A DNA stretch of 20,896 nucleotides from Archangium sp. (GTDB lineage Bacteria > Myxococcota > Myxococcia > Myxococcales > Myxococcaceae). The notes beneath the pieces are model-generated. The model was not told where the DNA came from. It made no database searches and worked only from the letters and a program-made list of their open reading frames with translations. A program made the position numbers and the translations under genes. This document shows, one piece after another, positions 1 through 8,672 of this stretch. The stretch covers positions 1 through 20,896 of the forward strand of contig JAEUJS010000455.1 of assembly GCA_016792935.1 (NCBI GenBank), given 5' to 3'. Positions within the stretch are counted from its first letter, which is position 1; each line of letters starts with the position of its first letter.

Positions 1-516
1 GACGCGCGAGAGCGGCCGCACCACGAAGGTGATGGTCTCGAGCTGCGCGTCGGTGAAGCCGCCGTTCGCGCGCGTGGCGAACGAGATGGCGTGCACCGTG
101 CCGCCCATGAAGCGCATCGGCATGAACACGATGTCGGTGAAGCCGCTCTGCTTGAGCTCCAGCACGTCGGACGGCGTGTTCTCGAGCGTGAGCGTGTGCA
201 GCACGCAGCGATCGACTTGCCCGGTCTCGAAGACGCGCGCGAACGGTGAGCGCTTGAAGACCTCGGCGTTGATCAACTCCCACGGCGCTTCGCCGACCTG
301 CGTCTTGCCGGTCTCGATTTCCCAGATGAAACGGCGGCCCACGATGGATGGGTGCAGCGTCTTCACGAACGCCGACATGCGATGCACCGGCACGCCCGCG
401 GCGTTCAAGTCGGGACCGAGGCGCTCGAGCACCGCCATCGGCGTCGGCGCTCCCGGCGCACCGTCCACCAACCAGTCGAAGAGCTCCTGCACCTTCGCGT
501 TGGGCATGGCGCGCAT
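1..516 (-). CDS. Partial CDS (first 172 codons; continues past the left edge). The N-terminal region resembles the sensor region of bacterial class III adenylate/guanylate cyclases.
   Basis: Absent from the supplied ORF track because it runs off the window. My reverse-strand translation starts at ATG 516..514: MRAMPNAKVQELFDWLVDGAPGAPTPMAVLERLGPDLNAAGVPVHRMSAFVKTLHPSIVGRRFIWEIETGKTQVGEAPWELINAEVFKRSPFARVFETGQVDRCVLHTLTLENTPSDVLELKQSGFTDIVFMPMRFMGGTVHAISFATRANGGFTDAQLETITFVVRPLSRV. An in-frame TAA lies upstream at 556..558. GC3 is strongly G/C-biased. The 'LxDWL...AGVPVxRxSxxxxTLHP' pattern is what I remember from N-termini of rhizobial/myxobacterial cyclases. No catalytic domain is in the window. 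Confidence 0.6.
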   Translation of the reverse strand, partial: MRAMPNAKVQELFDWLVDGAPGAPTPMAVLERLGPDLNAAGVPVHRMSAFVKTLHPSIVGRRFIWEIETGKTQVGEAPWELINAEVFKRSPFARVFETGQVDRCVLHTLTLENTPSDVLELKQSGFTDIVFMPMRFMGGTVHAISFATRANGGFTDAQLETITFVVRPLSRV

Positions 517-571
517 GATGCCATCCGGGCAGGAACTTTCTGGGCGGGTTTCTGGTTAAAACAGACATCCA

Positions 572-3500
572 GTGCTCGAGCCGTCTGCCCCGCCCCCGGG
601 TCCACTTCCGGAGCCCAAACCAGTTCCCCCGCCCGTCTCGTCCGACGGGCGCGCGTTGCGTCTGCTCGCCGAGGTCCGCGCCGCGCAGGCCCGCGCGCTG
701 TGGACGCAGGGGCTGCTCCTCGGGCTCATCGTCGCGCTGGTCTTCCTCGTCGCCGGCTCGTGGGTCGGCGCGTCGCACGCGCGCGTCGGGCTCGGTGTCC
801 TCGTCAGCGGCGGACTCTTCTCGTTCGCGGTGCTGGCGTGGTTCGGCGTGGTGTTGCCCCGCCGCAAAGTCGGAGACGACGCGCGCACCGCGAAGCTCCT
901 CGCCGAGCGACTCCCCGAGCTGAACCTCGACCTGCTCGCCGCGGTCGAGCTGAGCAAGGCGCTCGGTCGCACCGGCGAAGACTTCTCACCCGAGCTGGCC
1001 CGCGCCTTCTTGCGCGACGTCGATCTACGCGCCGCGAAGTTGTCGGTGCAGAAGCTCATCGACCAACGCCCCACGCAGCGCGCCGCGATGTCGATGGTGG
1101 CCACGGTCTTCGTGGTGCTCACCCTGTTGGTCGTGCAGGGCAAGAAGCTGCGCGAGGGGTTCGCCGCGGCGGTGACTCCGGCCGAGAAGACCGAGCCGTC
1201 GCGACGCCAGCCCATCACCGGTGACGTCGAGCTGACCTACCGCTACCCCGCGCACACGGGCCTCGAGCCGCGCACCATCGCGGGCAGCACGGGCGACGTC
1301 AGCGCGCCGACGGGCACCGAGGTGACGTTCAAGACGCGCGCAGACCGTGACGTCGAAGCGGCGGCGCTCATCTTCGGTCCCGCGGGGACGCGTGTGCCGC
1401 TGCGCGTGGACAAGCGCGAACTCATCGGCAGCTTCGTGGTGAACGAGAGCGGCGTGTTCCACGTGGCGTTCCTCAGCAAAGCCCCCTGGGGCGACGCCGT
1501 TGGGTTGCAAGACGGGACGGACCCTGTCGCCGAGGGGCCTGATCAATCCGTCACCGCGGAAGTCGATCAGCCGCCGCAGGCGCGCATCTCCGCGCCGGTG
1601 GACAACCTCGAGCTCGACCCCAAGAAACAGGTCGTCACCGTGAAGTTCGACGCCAGCGACGACTACGGGCTCACCACGCTCGACCTCGTCTTCACGCCCG
1701 TCGGCGGCAAGACGCAGCGCGTGTCGCTCAAGCCCGACGATGGCCGCACCACGCGCGGGAGCTACCAGTGGGACCTCGCGCCCCTCGCGCTCAACCCCGG
1801 CCAAATCGTCACCTACGCGCTCGAGGCGACGGACAACGACGCGGTGAAGGGCAACAAGAAGGGCACCTCCACCACGATGCGCCTCAAGCTCTACAGCTCG
1901 GCGGAGCATCGACGTGAAGCGCTGCAGAAGGCCGAGGTGTTGTGGACGCGTCTCATCGACCACCTCGCTGACCGCATGGAAGGTCCCGACCGAGCGCAGG
2001 CGACCAACGTCCCGCCTTCCAAAGGCTCCGTGGGCTCGGGGCTCGACGCGATGGTGACGGGCAAGCCGGTGGACGAGCGCGGCACGGTGCTCGCGACCGA
2101 CTTCATTCAGCTCGCGCACGACCTCAACGAGGAGCAAGACCCGCCGCAAGAACTCCTCGCCGCGATGCAGAACGTCGGTACCGAATTGCGCGACGACGTC
2201 GGTCAGGTGTCGACCAATCGCAACTTCCTCCTGCGCTTGAGTGGCCGCATCGCCGCGCCCAACGGCAAGACACAGTTCGTCGACCCGCGCGCGGGCTCGT
2301 ACACGCAGGACCTGCAGCGGCGTGTGTCCATCTCCATCGAGACCGACATCAAGCACTCCGAGAAGAACGTGCTGTACCTCGAGGCGCTGCTCGACCGCGC
2401 GCGGCTCGACGCCATTCGCGAGCTCACGCGGCAGCTGCGCGACGACCGCCAGGAGCTCTCGAAGCTGCTCGACGAATACAAGAACTCGCCCGACCCCGAG
2501 AATGGGCAGCGGCTGCTCGACCAGATGGATGCGCTCAAGCAGCGCATGGACGACCTGCAGAAACGCATCGCCGAGCTGTCGTCGAAGATTCACGACGACT
2601 TCATGAACGCGGAAGCGCTCCAGGAAATGAACCGTGAGTTCGACATGAACGACGTGTTCGCCGACATGGAGAAGCTCATCCGCGAAGGCAAGGCCGACGA
2701 AGCGCTGCGTCGCATGCAGGAATTCTCCATGCAGATGGACCAGTTCCTCGAGAACCTCGACCGGGCCGAAGAGCGCGCCGAACAACAGATGGACCCCGAG
2801 CTCGCGCAGCAGTTCACCGAGTTCCAGGACAACCTGCAGGACACCATCGACAAGCAGGACCAGCTCTCCGAGAAGACGCGGCAGCTGCGTGACAAGTACC
2901 GCGCCGCGCAGAAGGAACGCATCGCGAAGCAGGGTGAAGCGCTCAAGAAGGAACTGAAGGAAAAACTCGCCGAGCTCGAGAAGAGCTGGTCGCAGGGAGA
3001 GCAGCGCTACGGCGCCGAGTTCAAGGAGAAGCTCCGCGAAGCGCAGCAGTCGCGCGCCAACGTCGGGCAGTCGCTCGAGGCGAACGACTTCGACCTCGCG
3101 AGCGAGGCCGCCGAGTCGATGGAAAAGCGCGCGTGGGAGATGTCGTCACTCGCCCAGGAGATGTACCGCTGGGAAGACTCCCCGCAGAACCCGCCCGAAT
3201 ACCGGCGTGAGGCGCGTCAGAACGCCGAGAAGTACGCGAAGGACGCGAAGAAGGCGGCCGAGATTTCCTCGAAGCTGCGCGACCTCTTCCCGCAGCCCGG
3301 TCAGCAGATGAGCGAGGCCGACCGCCAGCAGATGAACGAGCTCTCGCGTCAGCAGAAGCAGCTGCAGAACCAGGCGGCGCAGTTGCAGCAGCAGATGGAC
3401 GACATCAACGAGCGCGCTCCCATCTTCAATCAGGACTCGATGGACCAGGCGCAGCAGGCCGGTCAACGCATGCAGGGCGCTGGAGAGAAGCTGCAGGGCA

Positions 3501-3790
3501 AAGACCCGGGCCGCGGCTTCGGAGAACAGCAGGGCGCGCTGCAGTCACTGCGCGGGCTGCAGCAGTCGATGGGCGAGTCGGGCAACAAGGGCAAGGGCGG
3601 CATTCCGCTCCCGATGCGCGGCAAACGTGGTGGTCGCGGCACGAGCAACGAGAAGGTCGAGATTCCCGACGAAGACCCCAACGCCGCGCCGCGCGAGTTC
3701 CGCAAGGACGTGATGGACGCGATGAAGCAGGGCCAGCCCGACCGCTACAAGGAACAGAACAAGAAGTACTACGAGGAGCTGGTGAAGTGA
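572..3790 (+). CDS. Large membrane-anchored coiled-coil protein, DUF4175-like (two N-terminal TM helices, a beta-rich middle region, a long Gln/Glu/Lys/Arg-rich helical C-terminal half)
   Basis: 1072-aa ORF with consistent high GC3. TM segments are GLLLGLIVALVFLVAGSWVGA and GGLFSFAVLAWFGVVL. The middle block 'VKFDASDDYGLTTLDLVF...YQWDLAPLALNPGQIVTYALEATDNDAVKGNKKGTSTTMRLKLYS' matches my memory of the conserved DUF4175 core. About 500 aa of heptad-like E/Q/K/R/L sequence follow. The 572 start is GTG and unverified; an internal TTG/GTG start is possible. Confidence 0.7.
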   Translation: MLEPSAPPPGPLPEPKPVPPPVSSDGRALRLLAEVRAAQARALWTQGLLLGLIVALVFLVAGSWVGASHARVGLGVLVSGGLFSFAVLAWFGVVLPRRKVGDDARTAKLLAERLPELNLDLLAAVELSKALGRTGEDFSPELARAFLRDVDLRAAKLSVQKLIDQRPTQRAAMSMVATVFVVLTLLVVQGKKLREGFAAAVTPAEKTEPSRRQPITGDVELTYRYPAHTGLEPRTIAGSTGDVSAPTGTEVTFKTRADRDVEAAALIFGPAGTRVPLRVDKRELIGSFVVNESGVFHVAFLSKAPWGDAVGLQDGTDPVAEGPDQSVTAEVDQPPQARISAPVDNLELDPKKQVVTVKFDASDDYGLTTLDLVFTPVGGKTQRVSLKPDDGRTTRGSYQWDLAPLALNPGQIVTYALEATDNDAVKGNKKGTSTTMRLKLYSSAEHRREALQKAEVLWTRLIDHLADRMEGPDRAQATNVPPSKGSVGSGLDAMVTGKPVDERGTVLATDFIQLAHDLNEEQDPPQELLAAMQNVGTELRDDVGQVSTNRNFLLRLSGRIAAPNGKTQFVDPRAGSYTQDLQRRVSISIETDIKHSEKNVLYLEALLDRARLDAIRELTRQLRDDRQELSKLLDEYKNSPDPENGQRLLDQMDALKQRMDDLQKRIAELSSKIHDDFMNAEALQEMNREFDMNDVFADMEKLIREGKADEALRRMQEFSMQMDQFLENLDRAEERAEQQMDPELAQQFTEFQDNLQDTIDKQDQLSEKTRQLRDKYRAAQKERIAKQGEALKKELKEKLAELEKSWSQGEQRYGAEFKEKLREAQQSRANVGQSLEANDFDLASEAAESMEKRAWEMSSLAQEMYRWEDSPQNPPEYRREARQNAEKYAKDAKKAAEISSKLRDLFPQPGQQMSEADRQQMNELSRQQKQLQNQAAQLQQQMDDINERAPIFNQDSMDQAQQAGQRMQGAGEKLQGKDPGRGFGEQQGALQSLRGLQQSMGESGNKGKGGIPLPMRGKRGGRGTSNEKVEIPDEDPNAAPREFRKDVMDAMKQGQPDRYKEQNKKYYEELVK

Positions 3791-5535
3791 TCTCCGCGCT
3801 CGTCGTCGCGACGCTGGTGCTCGCGCAGACCCCATCAGCAGGCTTGCCTGCTGGGGTAGCCGAGGAGCCCGACCTCTCTTCCGTGAAGGGCGAGGCGAAG
3901 GCGCGCATCCAGAACCTCGACCAGTACCTCGACGATTGGGACCTCGAGGCCGCGAAGGGAGAGCTCGCCGCGCTCGAGAAATTGGCGCCCGCCGACATCG
4001 AGCCGCTGGCGTACTACCAGGGCCGCATCGCCTTCGAAGAGGGCCGCTACGAAGACGCGTCGAAGCTGCTCGAGAAGGCTGGCCTCACCGACAAGCCCAA
4101 CAGCTGGGTGCGCCTCGCGAAGGACACCGGGCAAATCGTCGCCAACTACGAGAAGGCCGAGAGCGAACACTTCATCTTTCTGTACCCGAAGGGGCGTGAC
4201 GCGGTGCTCGTGCCGTGGGCGCTCGAGACGCTCGAGAGTGCGCGCGCTGCGTTGGAGAAGGACCTCGGCTACGCGCCTCCCGGAAAAGTGCGCGTCGAAG
4301 TGGTGAGCAGCGGGAGCGAGCTGGCGAAGGTCTCGACGCTCACCAAAGAAGCCATCAAGACCACCGGCACCATCGCCATCTGCAAGTTCAACAAGCTGAT
4401 GGTGACGAGCCCCCGCGCGCTGGTGCTCGGCTACGACTGGCTCGACACGCTCGCGCACGAATACGTACACCTCGTGGTCAGCAAGAAGAGCCGCAACACC
4501 GTGCCCATCTGGATGCACGAGGGCCTCGCGAAGTACCTCGAGTCTCGGTGGCGTGGTCCTGCGGGCGGAGCGATGACGCCTCCCACGCTCGCGTTGCTCG
4601 GCATGCGCGTGAAGAAGAACACGCTGGTGCCCTTCGAGAAGATGCACCCCTCGATGGCGTTGCTCCCGACGGCGGAAGACGCGGCGACGGCGTTCGCGGA
4701 GGTGTTCTTCGCGTTGAAGCTCATCGACACCGAAGGCGGCCCGCAGGCGCTGGAGCGGTTGCTCGACGAGATGAGCAAGGGCGTCAGTGACCGCGCGGCC
4801 GTCGAGCACGTGATGAAGCGGAAGTGGCCGGCGTTCGAAGCGAGCTGGATGGCGTCGCTCAAGAAGCAGCCGTTCCCGAAAGAGCTGATTCCGCCGTCGT
4901 CCTTCGAGAAGAAGGAGCTCACCGAGAACAAGAACGCCGAGCCGAAGAAGAAGGCGCGCGAGGTGAGCTTCGGAGATTTCGCCGAGGTGACCGAGAACGA
5001 CGCGCGGCGTGATGCGCATCTCGGTGAGCTGTTCCGTGAGCGTCAGCGCATGAAGGCGGCGGCCGAGGCGTACGCGCGCGCGCACAAGGTGGTGGGCGAC
5101 AAGTACGAGTCGGTGTCGAACAAATACGCGCTGACGTTGCTCGAGCTCGAGCGGTACGACGACGCGGCGAAGGTGCTCGAGTCGAGCCTCGTGATGCATC
5201 CCGGGGTGTCGGCCACCAACGTGCACCTCGGTCGTATCTATCTGCGCGCGGAGAAGTGGGACGCGGCGAAGACGGCGTATCTCGCGGCCAACGCGGTGAA
5301 CCCGTTCGATCCTGAGATTCATGTCGCGCTGTTCGTCGCGGCGACGGAGCTCAAGGACGTGAAGCTCGCGGCGCGCGAGAAGGAAGCGGTGAAGCTGCTG
5401 CTCTCGCTCGATGACGCGAAGGTGACGGAGCTCGCTCGGCGTTTCTCGGGCATCAAGGATCTCGCGAACGTCGACTTGAACGCGGGCGCCGTAGAGAAGT
5501 CCTCCGACACGAAGAAGACGGACGCGGGGACCTGA
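3787..5535 (+). CDS. Secreted TPR-flanked zinc metallopeptidase-like protein (Peptidase_MA_2-type HExxH...E gluzincin motif)
   Basis: 582-aa ORF. The GTG start overlaps the upstream stop by 4 nt (GTGA, 3787..3790). N-terminal signal-like MISALVVATLVLAQTPSAG. Motif LAHEYVHLVVSKKSRNTVPIWMHEGLAKYLESRW, i.e. HExxH plus a downstream Glu in the 'P.W..EGLA.Y' context typical of the Peptidase_MA_2 family. TPR-like helical repeats lie on both sides (YYQGRIAFEEGRYEDASKLLEKA; YALTLLELERYDDAAKVLESSL; GRIYLRAEKWDAAKTAYLAANAVNP). Confidence 0.75.
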   Translation: MISALVVATLVLAQTPSAGLPAGVAEEPDLSSVKGEAKARIQNLDQYLDDWDLEAAKGELAALEKLAPADIEPLAYYQGRIAFEEGRYEDASKLLEKAGLTDKPNSWVRLAKDTGQIVANYEKAESEHFIFLYPKGRDAVLVPWALETLESARAALEKDLGYAPPGKVRVEVVSSGSELAKVSTLTKEAIKTTGTIAICKFNKLMVTSPRALVLGYDWLDTLAHEYVHLVVSKKSRNTVPIWMHEGLAKYLESRWRGPAGGAMTPPTLALLGMRVKKNTLVPFEKMHPSMALLPTAEDAATAFAEVFFALKLIDTEGGPQALERLLDEMSKGVSDRAAVEHVMKRKWPAFEASWMASLKKQPFPKELIPPSSFEKKELTENKNAEPKKKAREVSFGDFAEVTENDARRDAHLGELFRERQRMKAAAEAYARAHKVVGDKYESVSNKYALTLLELERYDDAAKVLESSLVMHPGVSATNVHLGRIYLRAEKWDAAKTAYLAANAVNPFDPEIHVALFVAATELKDVKLAAREKEAVKLLLSLDDAKVTELARRFSGIKDLANVDLNAGAVEKSSDTKKTDAGT

Positions 5536-5828
5536 TGCTCGCTCTCTTGCTCTTGCTGCTCGCTGGTGACGTGTTGCCACCGCCACCGCCCGGCGAGTTC
5601 AGCCTTCGGCCTCCGAAGACGACCACGGCGGACGGTGGCGTCGTGTCGTGTCAGACGGTGAACGAGTGCTGGCTCGCTCCAGACGGCAGCCCGATGCCGC
5701 GGCCCGCGCGCTTCAAGAAGAAGCCGCTGCCGAAGGGCGACTGCGGAAAGAACCTGCTGTGGCTGCGCAATCGGCTCACGTGTGAAGAGAACGTCTGCAA
5801 GTCAACGTACATGGGCGACGCGTGCTGA
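5535..5828 (+). CDS. Small secreted Cys-rich protein (97 aa, 6 Cys), function unknown
   Basis: The ATG overlaps the upstream TGA by 1 nt (TGATG at 5533..5537). Leu-rich signal-like N-terminus MLALLLLLLAGDV followed by a Pro run. Six cysteines (VSC, NEC, DCG, TCE, VCK, DAC) are consistent with three disulfides. GC3 is high. No family recognised. Confidence 0.55.
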   Translation: MLALLLLLLAGDVLPPPPPGEFSLRPPKTTTADGGVVSCQTVNECWLAPDGSPMPRPARFKKKPLPKGDCGKNLLWLRNRLTCEENVCKSTYMGDAC

Positions 5829-5856
5829 TTCCCTGCTCGCTCCCGGTGCGCTCTCG

Positions 5857-7059
5857 TCATTTGACGGGCACGTAGCTCGTCGGCACGCCGCCGTTCTTCA
5901 CCAGCTCGTGAAACGTCTCGACGGCATCGGTCGCCTTGCGCTGCAGCGTGGCGTCGGTGCGCACGTCGACCGTGAAGAGTCCGAACCGATTCCGGTAGTC
6001 GCCCCACTCGTAGTTGTCGGTGAGTGACCAGTAGTTGAAGCCGATGACGTCGATGCCTTCGTCGCGCGCGCGCTGCAGCCAATAGATGTGGTCGCGCAAA
6101 TGGTTGCTGCGCGTGTAGCCGTCGCGGCGCGGCAGTCCGTCGTCGGTCGCCATGCCGTTCTCCACCACGTACAGCGGCAGGTGCGGAGCGCGTGCGTGGT
6201 AGTCGCGCAGCGCGGTGAGCAACTCGCTCGGGCGGAAATTCACGCGCCAGAATTTGCCGCGACCGGCGTGCGCGACGGACAGGTCGAGCGTGAGCGCGTA
6301 GTAGTAGTCGAGCGCGATGAAATCGACGTGATGTGCGACGCGCTCGAAGAACCAGTCGTCGAACCAGCTCGCGGGTGCTGGTTCCCACACGACGTTGGTC
6401 GAGACCGGAGCGCCGGCGTCTTCACGATGCAGCAGATCGAACGCGACGACGTGCATCTGAACGAGCCGTGCCTTCGCGCGCTCGACCTCGGCGTCGGGGA
6501 CGGAGCCGTGTCGGCGTTCGAGCGTGAGGAAGTAGGACGCTTCGTTGAGCGTGACCCACCGTGCACCTCTCGAGCGGTAGCGCCTGGCGACCACTTCGAC
6601 GAAGTCGCGAAACGCGCGAACGATGGAATCTGAAGCGAGTCCTCCTTCGTCGAGCACCCAGCCGGGCGTGACGAAGTGCAACAGCGTCGGCATCGGCGTC
6701 ATGCCTCGCTCGCGGAGTGCCTCGAACATTTGGTCGTAGTGCCGGAGGGCCTCTTCATCGACCACGCCGCGCCTGGGCATGACGCGCGCCCACTCGATGG
6801 AGAAGCGGAACGTGTCGACTCCGAGTGAGGCGGCGAGCGCGATGTCGTCGCGGAAGCGGCGGAAGAAATCGACCGAGTCGGCGTACGGCTCGTGCGCGGT
6901 GCCCGGGCGCGTCGTGTAGCGAGTCCAGTTGCTGTCGGGGAACGAGCCCTCGCTCTGAAATCCGGAGGTCGCGACGCCCCAATGAAAGTCTTTGGGGAGC
7001 TTCGAGACGGGCACCGCACAACCGCTCACCACCAACGAGATCAGGAACGCCGTCCGCAC
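5857..7059 (-). CDS. Glycoside hydrolase family 1 (beta-glucosidase-like), probable lipoprotein
   Basis: GH1 signatures: FHWGVATSGFQSEG near the N-terminus; TLNEASYF (acid/base Glu in an NE motif); YVVENGMATDD (nucleophile Glu in an ENG motif); WSLTDNYEWGDYRNRFGLFTVD near the C-terminus. I place the start at GTG 7059..7057. This gives MRTAFLISLVVSGC, a signal peptide with lipobox VSG|C. The track's 489-aa version (to 7326) would cross the divergent gene that starts at 7142. Confidence 0.85.
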   Translation of the reverse strand: MRTAFLISLVVSGCAVPVSKLPKDFHWGVATSGFQSEGSFPDSNWTRYTTRPGTAHEPYADSVDFFRRFRDDIALAASLGVDTFRFSIEWARVMPRRGVVDEEALRHYDQMFEALRERGMTPMPTLLHFVTPGWVLDEGGLASDSIVRAFRDFVEVVARRYRSRGARWVTLNEASYFLTLERRHGSVPDAEVERAKARLVQMHVVAFDLLHREDAGAPVSTNVVWEPAPASWFDDWFFERVAHHVDFIALDYYYALTLDLSVAHAGRGKFWRVNFRPSELLTALRDYHARAPHLPLYVVENGMATDDGLPRRDGYTRSNHLRDHIYWLQRARDEGIDVIGFNYWSLTDNYEWGDYRNRFGLFTVDVRTDATLQRKATDAVETFHELVKNGGVPTSYVPVK

Positions 7060-7141
7060 ATTTCGAGCGTAGCGGGAGAGGGGGAACTCGCGCGCTGCGC
7101 TCAGGCGAGTACTGTCGTGTTCGCAGGTCCTGGGAGATTCC

Positions 7142-7840
7142 ATGCACATCGACGGCTTCTCGGTCGACGCCTTCCGGCGCACGGTCGATGACGACCAGAT
7201 CGTGGTCATCGCGCTCGGGGACGAGCCGGCCGCGCTTCGTGAGCGACTCGGCGGCAACACCGAGACGTGGCTCACCTCGACCTCGCCCCACGCCGCCGAG
7301 CTCGACGTGCTGTTCGGTCGCCCCACCGGACTCCCCGAGCTGCTCTTCGTGCGTCACGGCGTCATCGTGCGCTGGTGGCTCGGCCATTCCGGCTCGCTCT
7401 CATCGCTCGACGTGAAGCCTGACATTGAGGCGCCGTTCACTCCGGAGCGCTACCGCGCATTGGTCGACGAAGTGCGCGCGCTCAGCGACGTCGAAGCTGC
7501 GTGGAGAGAAGTCACTTCGTGGCGCGAACTCCCCGACACGGTGCCGACCGCGTACGCGTTCAACGACGAGACGCTCCGACTCGAGCGCGGCGGCGCGGCG
7601 AGCCAGCGTCACAAGAACGGAGAGCTCCTCGGCACGTGGAGACTCCGCAGTGACGGCGACCTCGACCTCTTCTGGAAACGCTTCGTGCGCGAGAACGACG
7701 AAGGCACCGAGACCTCCGAGCTGGACCGACGCGAGGTCTGGCAGCTCGGTCAACGCGACGGTCGGGTGCAGGTGAGACCGACGCGCGGTCTGCTCCCGCG
7801 GCTCACGGCCTCGCACCGTGTCTTCATCGCCGACGCCTGA
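7142..7840 (+). CDS. Hypothetical protein (232 aa)
   Basis: Complete ORF with uniformly high GC3 (checked codon by codon) and balanced amino-acid composition. Divergent from the GH1 gene and convergent with the ferritin-like gene (12-nt gap). No motif I can name. Confidence 0.6.
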   Translation: MHIDGFSVDAFRRTVDDDQIVVIALGDEPAALRERLGGNTETWLTSTSPHAAELDVLFGRPTGLPELLFVRHGVIVRWWLGHSGSLSSLDVKPDIEAPFTPERYRALVDEVRALSDVEAAWREVTSWRELPDTVPTAYAFNDETLRLERGGAASQRHKNGELLGTWRLRSDGDLDLFWKRFVRENDEGTETSELDRREVWQLGQRDGRVQVRPTRGLLPRLTASHRVFIADA

Positions 7841-7852
7841 CCAATTCCGCCC

Positions 7853-8668
7853 TCAGCGACGCGATGCCTTCACTTTGATGCCCAGCTTGTCGAAGCGCCG
7901 CAACACGTCGCGCTCGAGTGACTTCTCGTAGACCTTCGTCCGCTCGGCGTTCTTCAGATGTCCGAAGGGATTACGAGGCGACTCGGTGTCGTCGAAGTCG
8001 CAGCCCTCGAACACCGCCTCTCTCGCGCTCTCCAGGTCCATCGTGATGCGCTTCTCGACGCGCTTCTTCTCGCGAGCGTTGAGCACCGGCCACAGCTGCG
8101 CGAGCAACGTCCACCCCAGCTGCGAGTGAAACGACTCATCGCGCGTCAGCGCCGTCACCACTTCGCGCGCCAGCGGGTCTTCCGTCACGTCACGCGTCGC
8201 GGCGAGCAGCGCGGTGGACAGAGTCTCTCCGATGCACAGACTTCCGGTGAGCGTCTGCACCGCGCGCACCCGCAGCGGCTCCGCTGAATCACTGCGCACC
8301 CACTTCGGCTCGCCGGGAATCTCGTCGGTGCCGCCAAGCGCGTTCACCAATCGCCGGCACAGCTCGACGTGCCGTGCTTCATCGCGCACCACGCGGACCG
8401 CGGCGGTCAACGTGTCGAACGCGCAGCCCAGCTCCGTCAGCTCGAAGAGGAACTCGGTGAAGCCGACCTGCGAGCGATACTCGTCGAGCGTGCGCAGCTG
8501 CCACGACTCGCGCGCCCAGCTGATGGTGTCTTCGTCGTAGCGGCTCGGGTCGAACGCCTCGAACGACTTCGCGTGCAGCGCCTCGGGCAACGCCTCGTCG
8601 AAGAAGCGCCGCTGATTCGTCGCGAGTCCGGAGTCGGCCGCGCCGAGGTGAAGGATGGGCTGCGTCAT
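7853..8668 (-). CDS. Ferritin-like diiron-carboxylate protein (duplicated E...DExxH motif)
   Basis: Start placed at ATG 8668..8666 (MTQPILHLGAADS), 4 nt after the upstream gene's TAA (8673..8675). First half-site: LDEYRSQVGFTEFLFELTELG...RVVRDEARHVELCRRL, Glu then DEARH about 33 residues later. Second half-site: CIGETLSTALL...TALTRDESFHSQLGW, Glu then DESFH about 29 residues later. This is the classic four-helix-bundle diiron ligand pattern. Confidence 0.75.
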   Translation of the reverse strand: MTQPILHLGAADSGLATNQRRFFDEALPEALHAKSFEAFDPSRYDEDTISWARESWQLRTLDEYRSQVGFTEFLFELTELGCAFDTLTAAVRVVRDEARHVELCRRLVNALGGTDEIPGEPKWVRSDSAEPLRVRAVQTLTGSLCIGETLSTALLAATRDVTEDPLAREVVTALTRDESFHSQLGWTLLAQLWPVLNAREKKRVEKRITMDLESAREAVFEGCDFDDTESPRNPFGHLKNAERTKVYEKSLERDVLRRFDKLGIKVKASRR

Positions 8669-8672
8669 GAAG

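Noticed and set aside
29-1224. Plus-strand ORFs 29..559 (176 aa) and 352..1224 (290 aa), and minus ORFs 405..605 and 556..1218
   Set aside because: Their composition is Arg/Ser/Ala/Gly low complexity. They lie antisense or out of frame to two ORFs with protein-like sequence and proper GC3 (the partial minus-strand sensor gene 1..516 and the plus-strand gene from 572). These are typical shadow ORFs of GC-rich DNA.
1025-2785. 586-aa minus-strand ORF antisense to the DUF4175-like gene
   Set aside because: It is rich in His/Arg/Val/Leu/Glu with no motifs, and simply mirrors the codon periodicity of the plus-strand gene, which has recognisable TM, beta-rich and coiled-coil regions.
3835-5586. 583-aa minus-strand ORF antisense to the TPR/HExxH peptidase gene
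   Set aside because: Arg/Leu/His/Glu-rich shadow ORF. The plus-strand frame carries the signal peptide, the HExxH...E motif and the TPR repeats.
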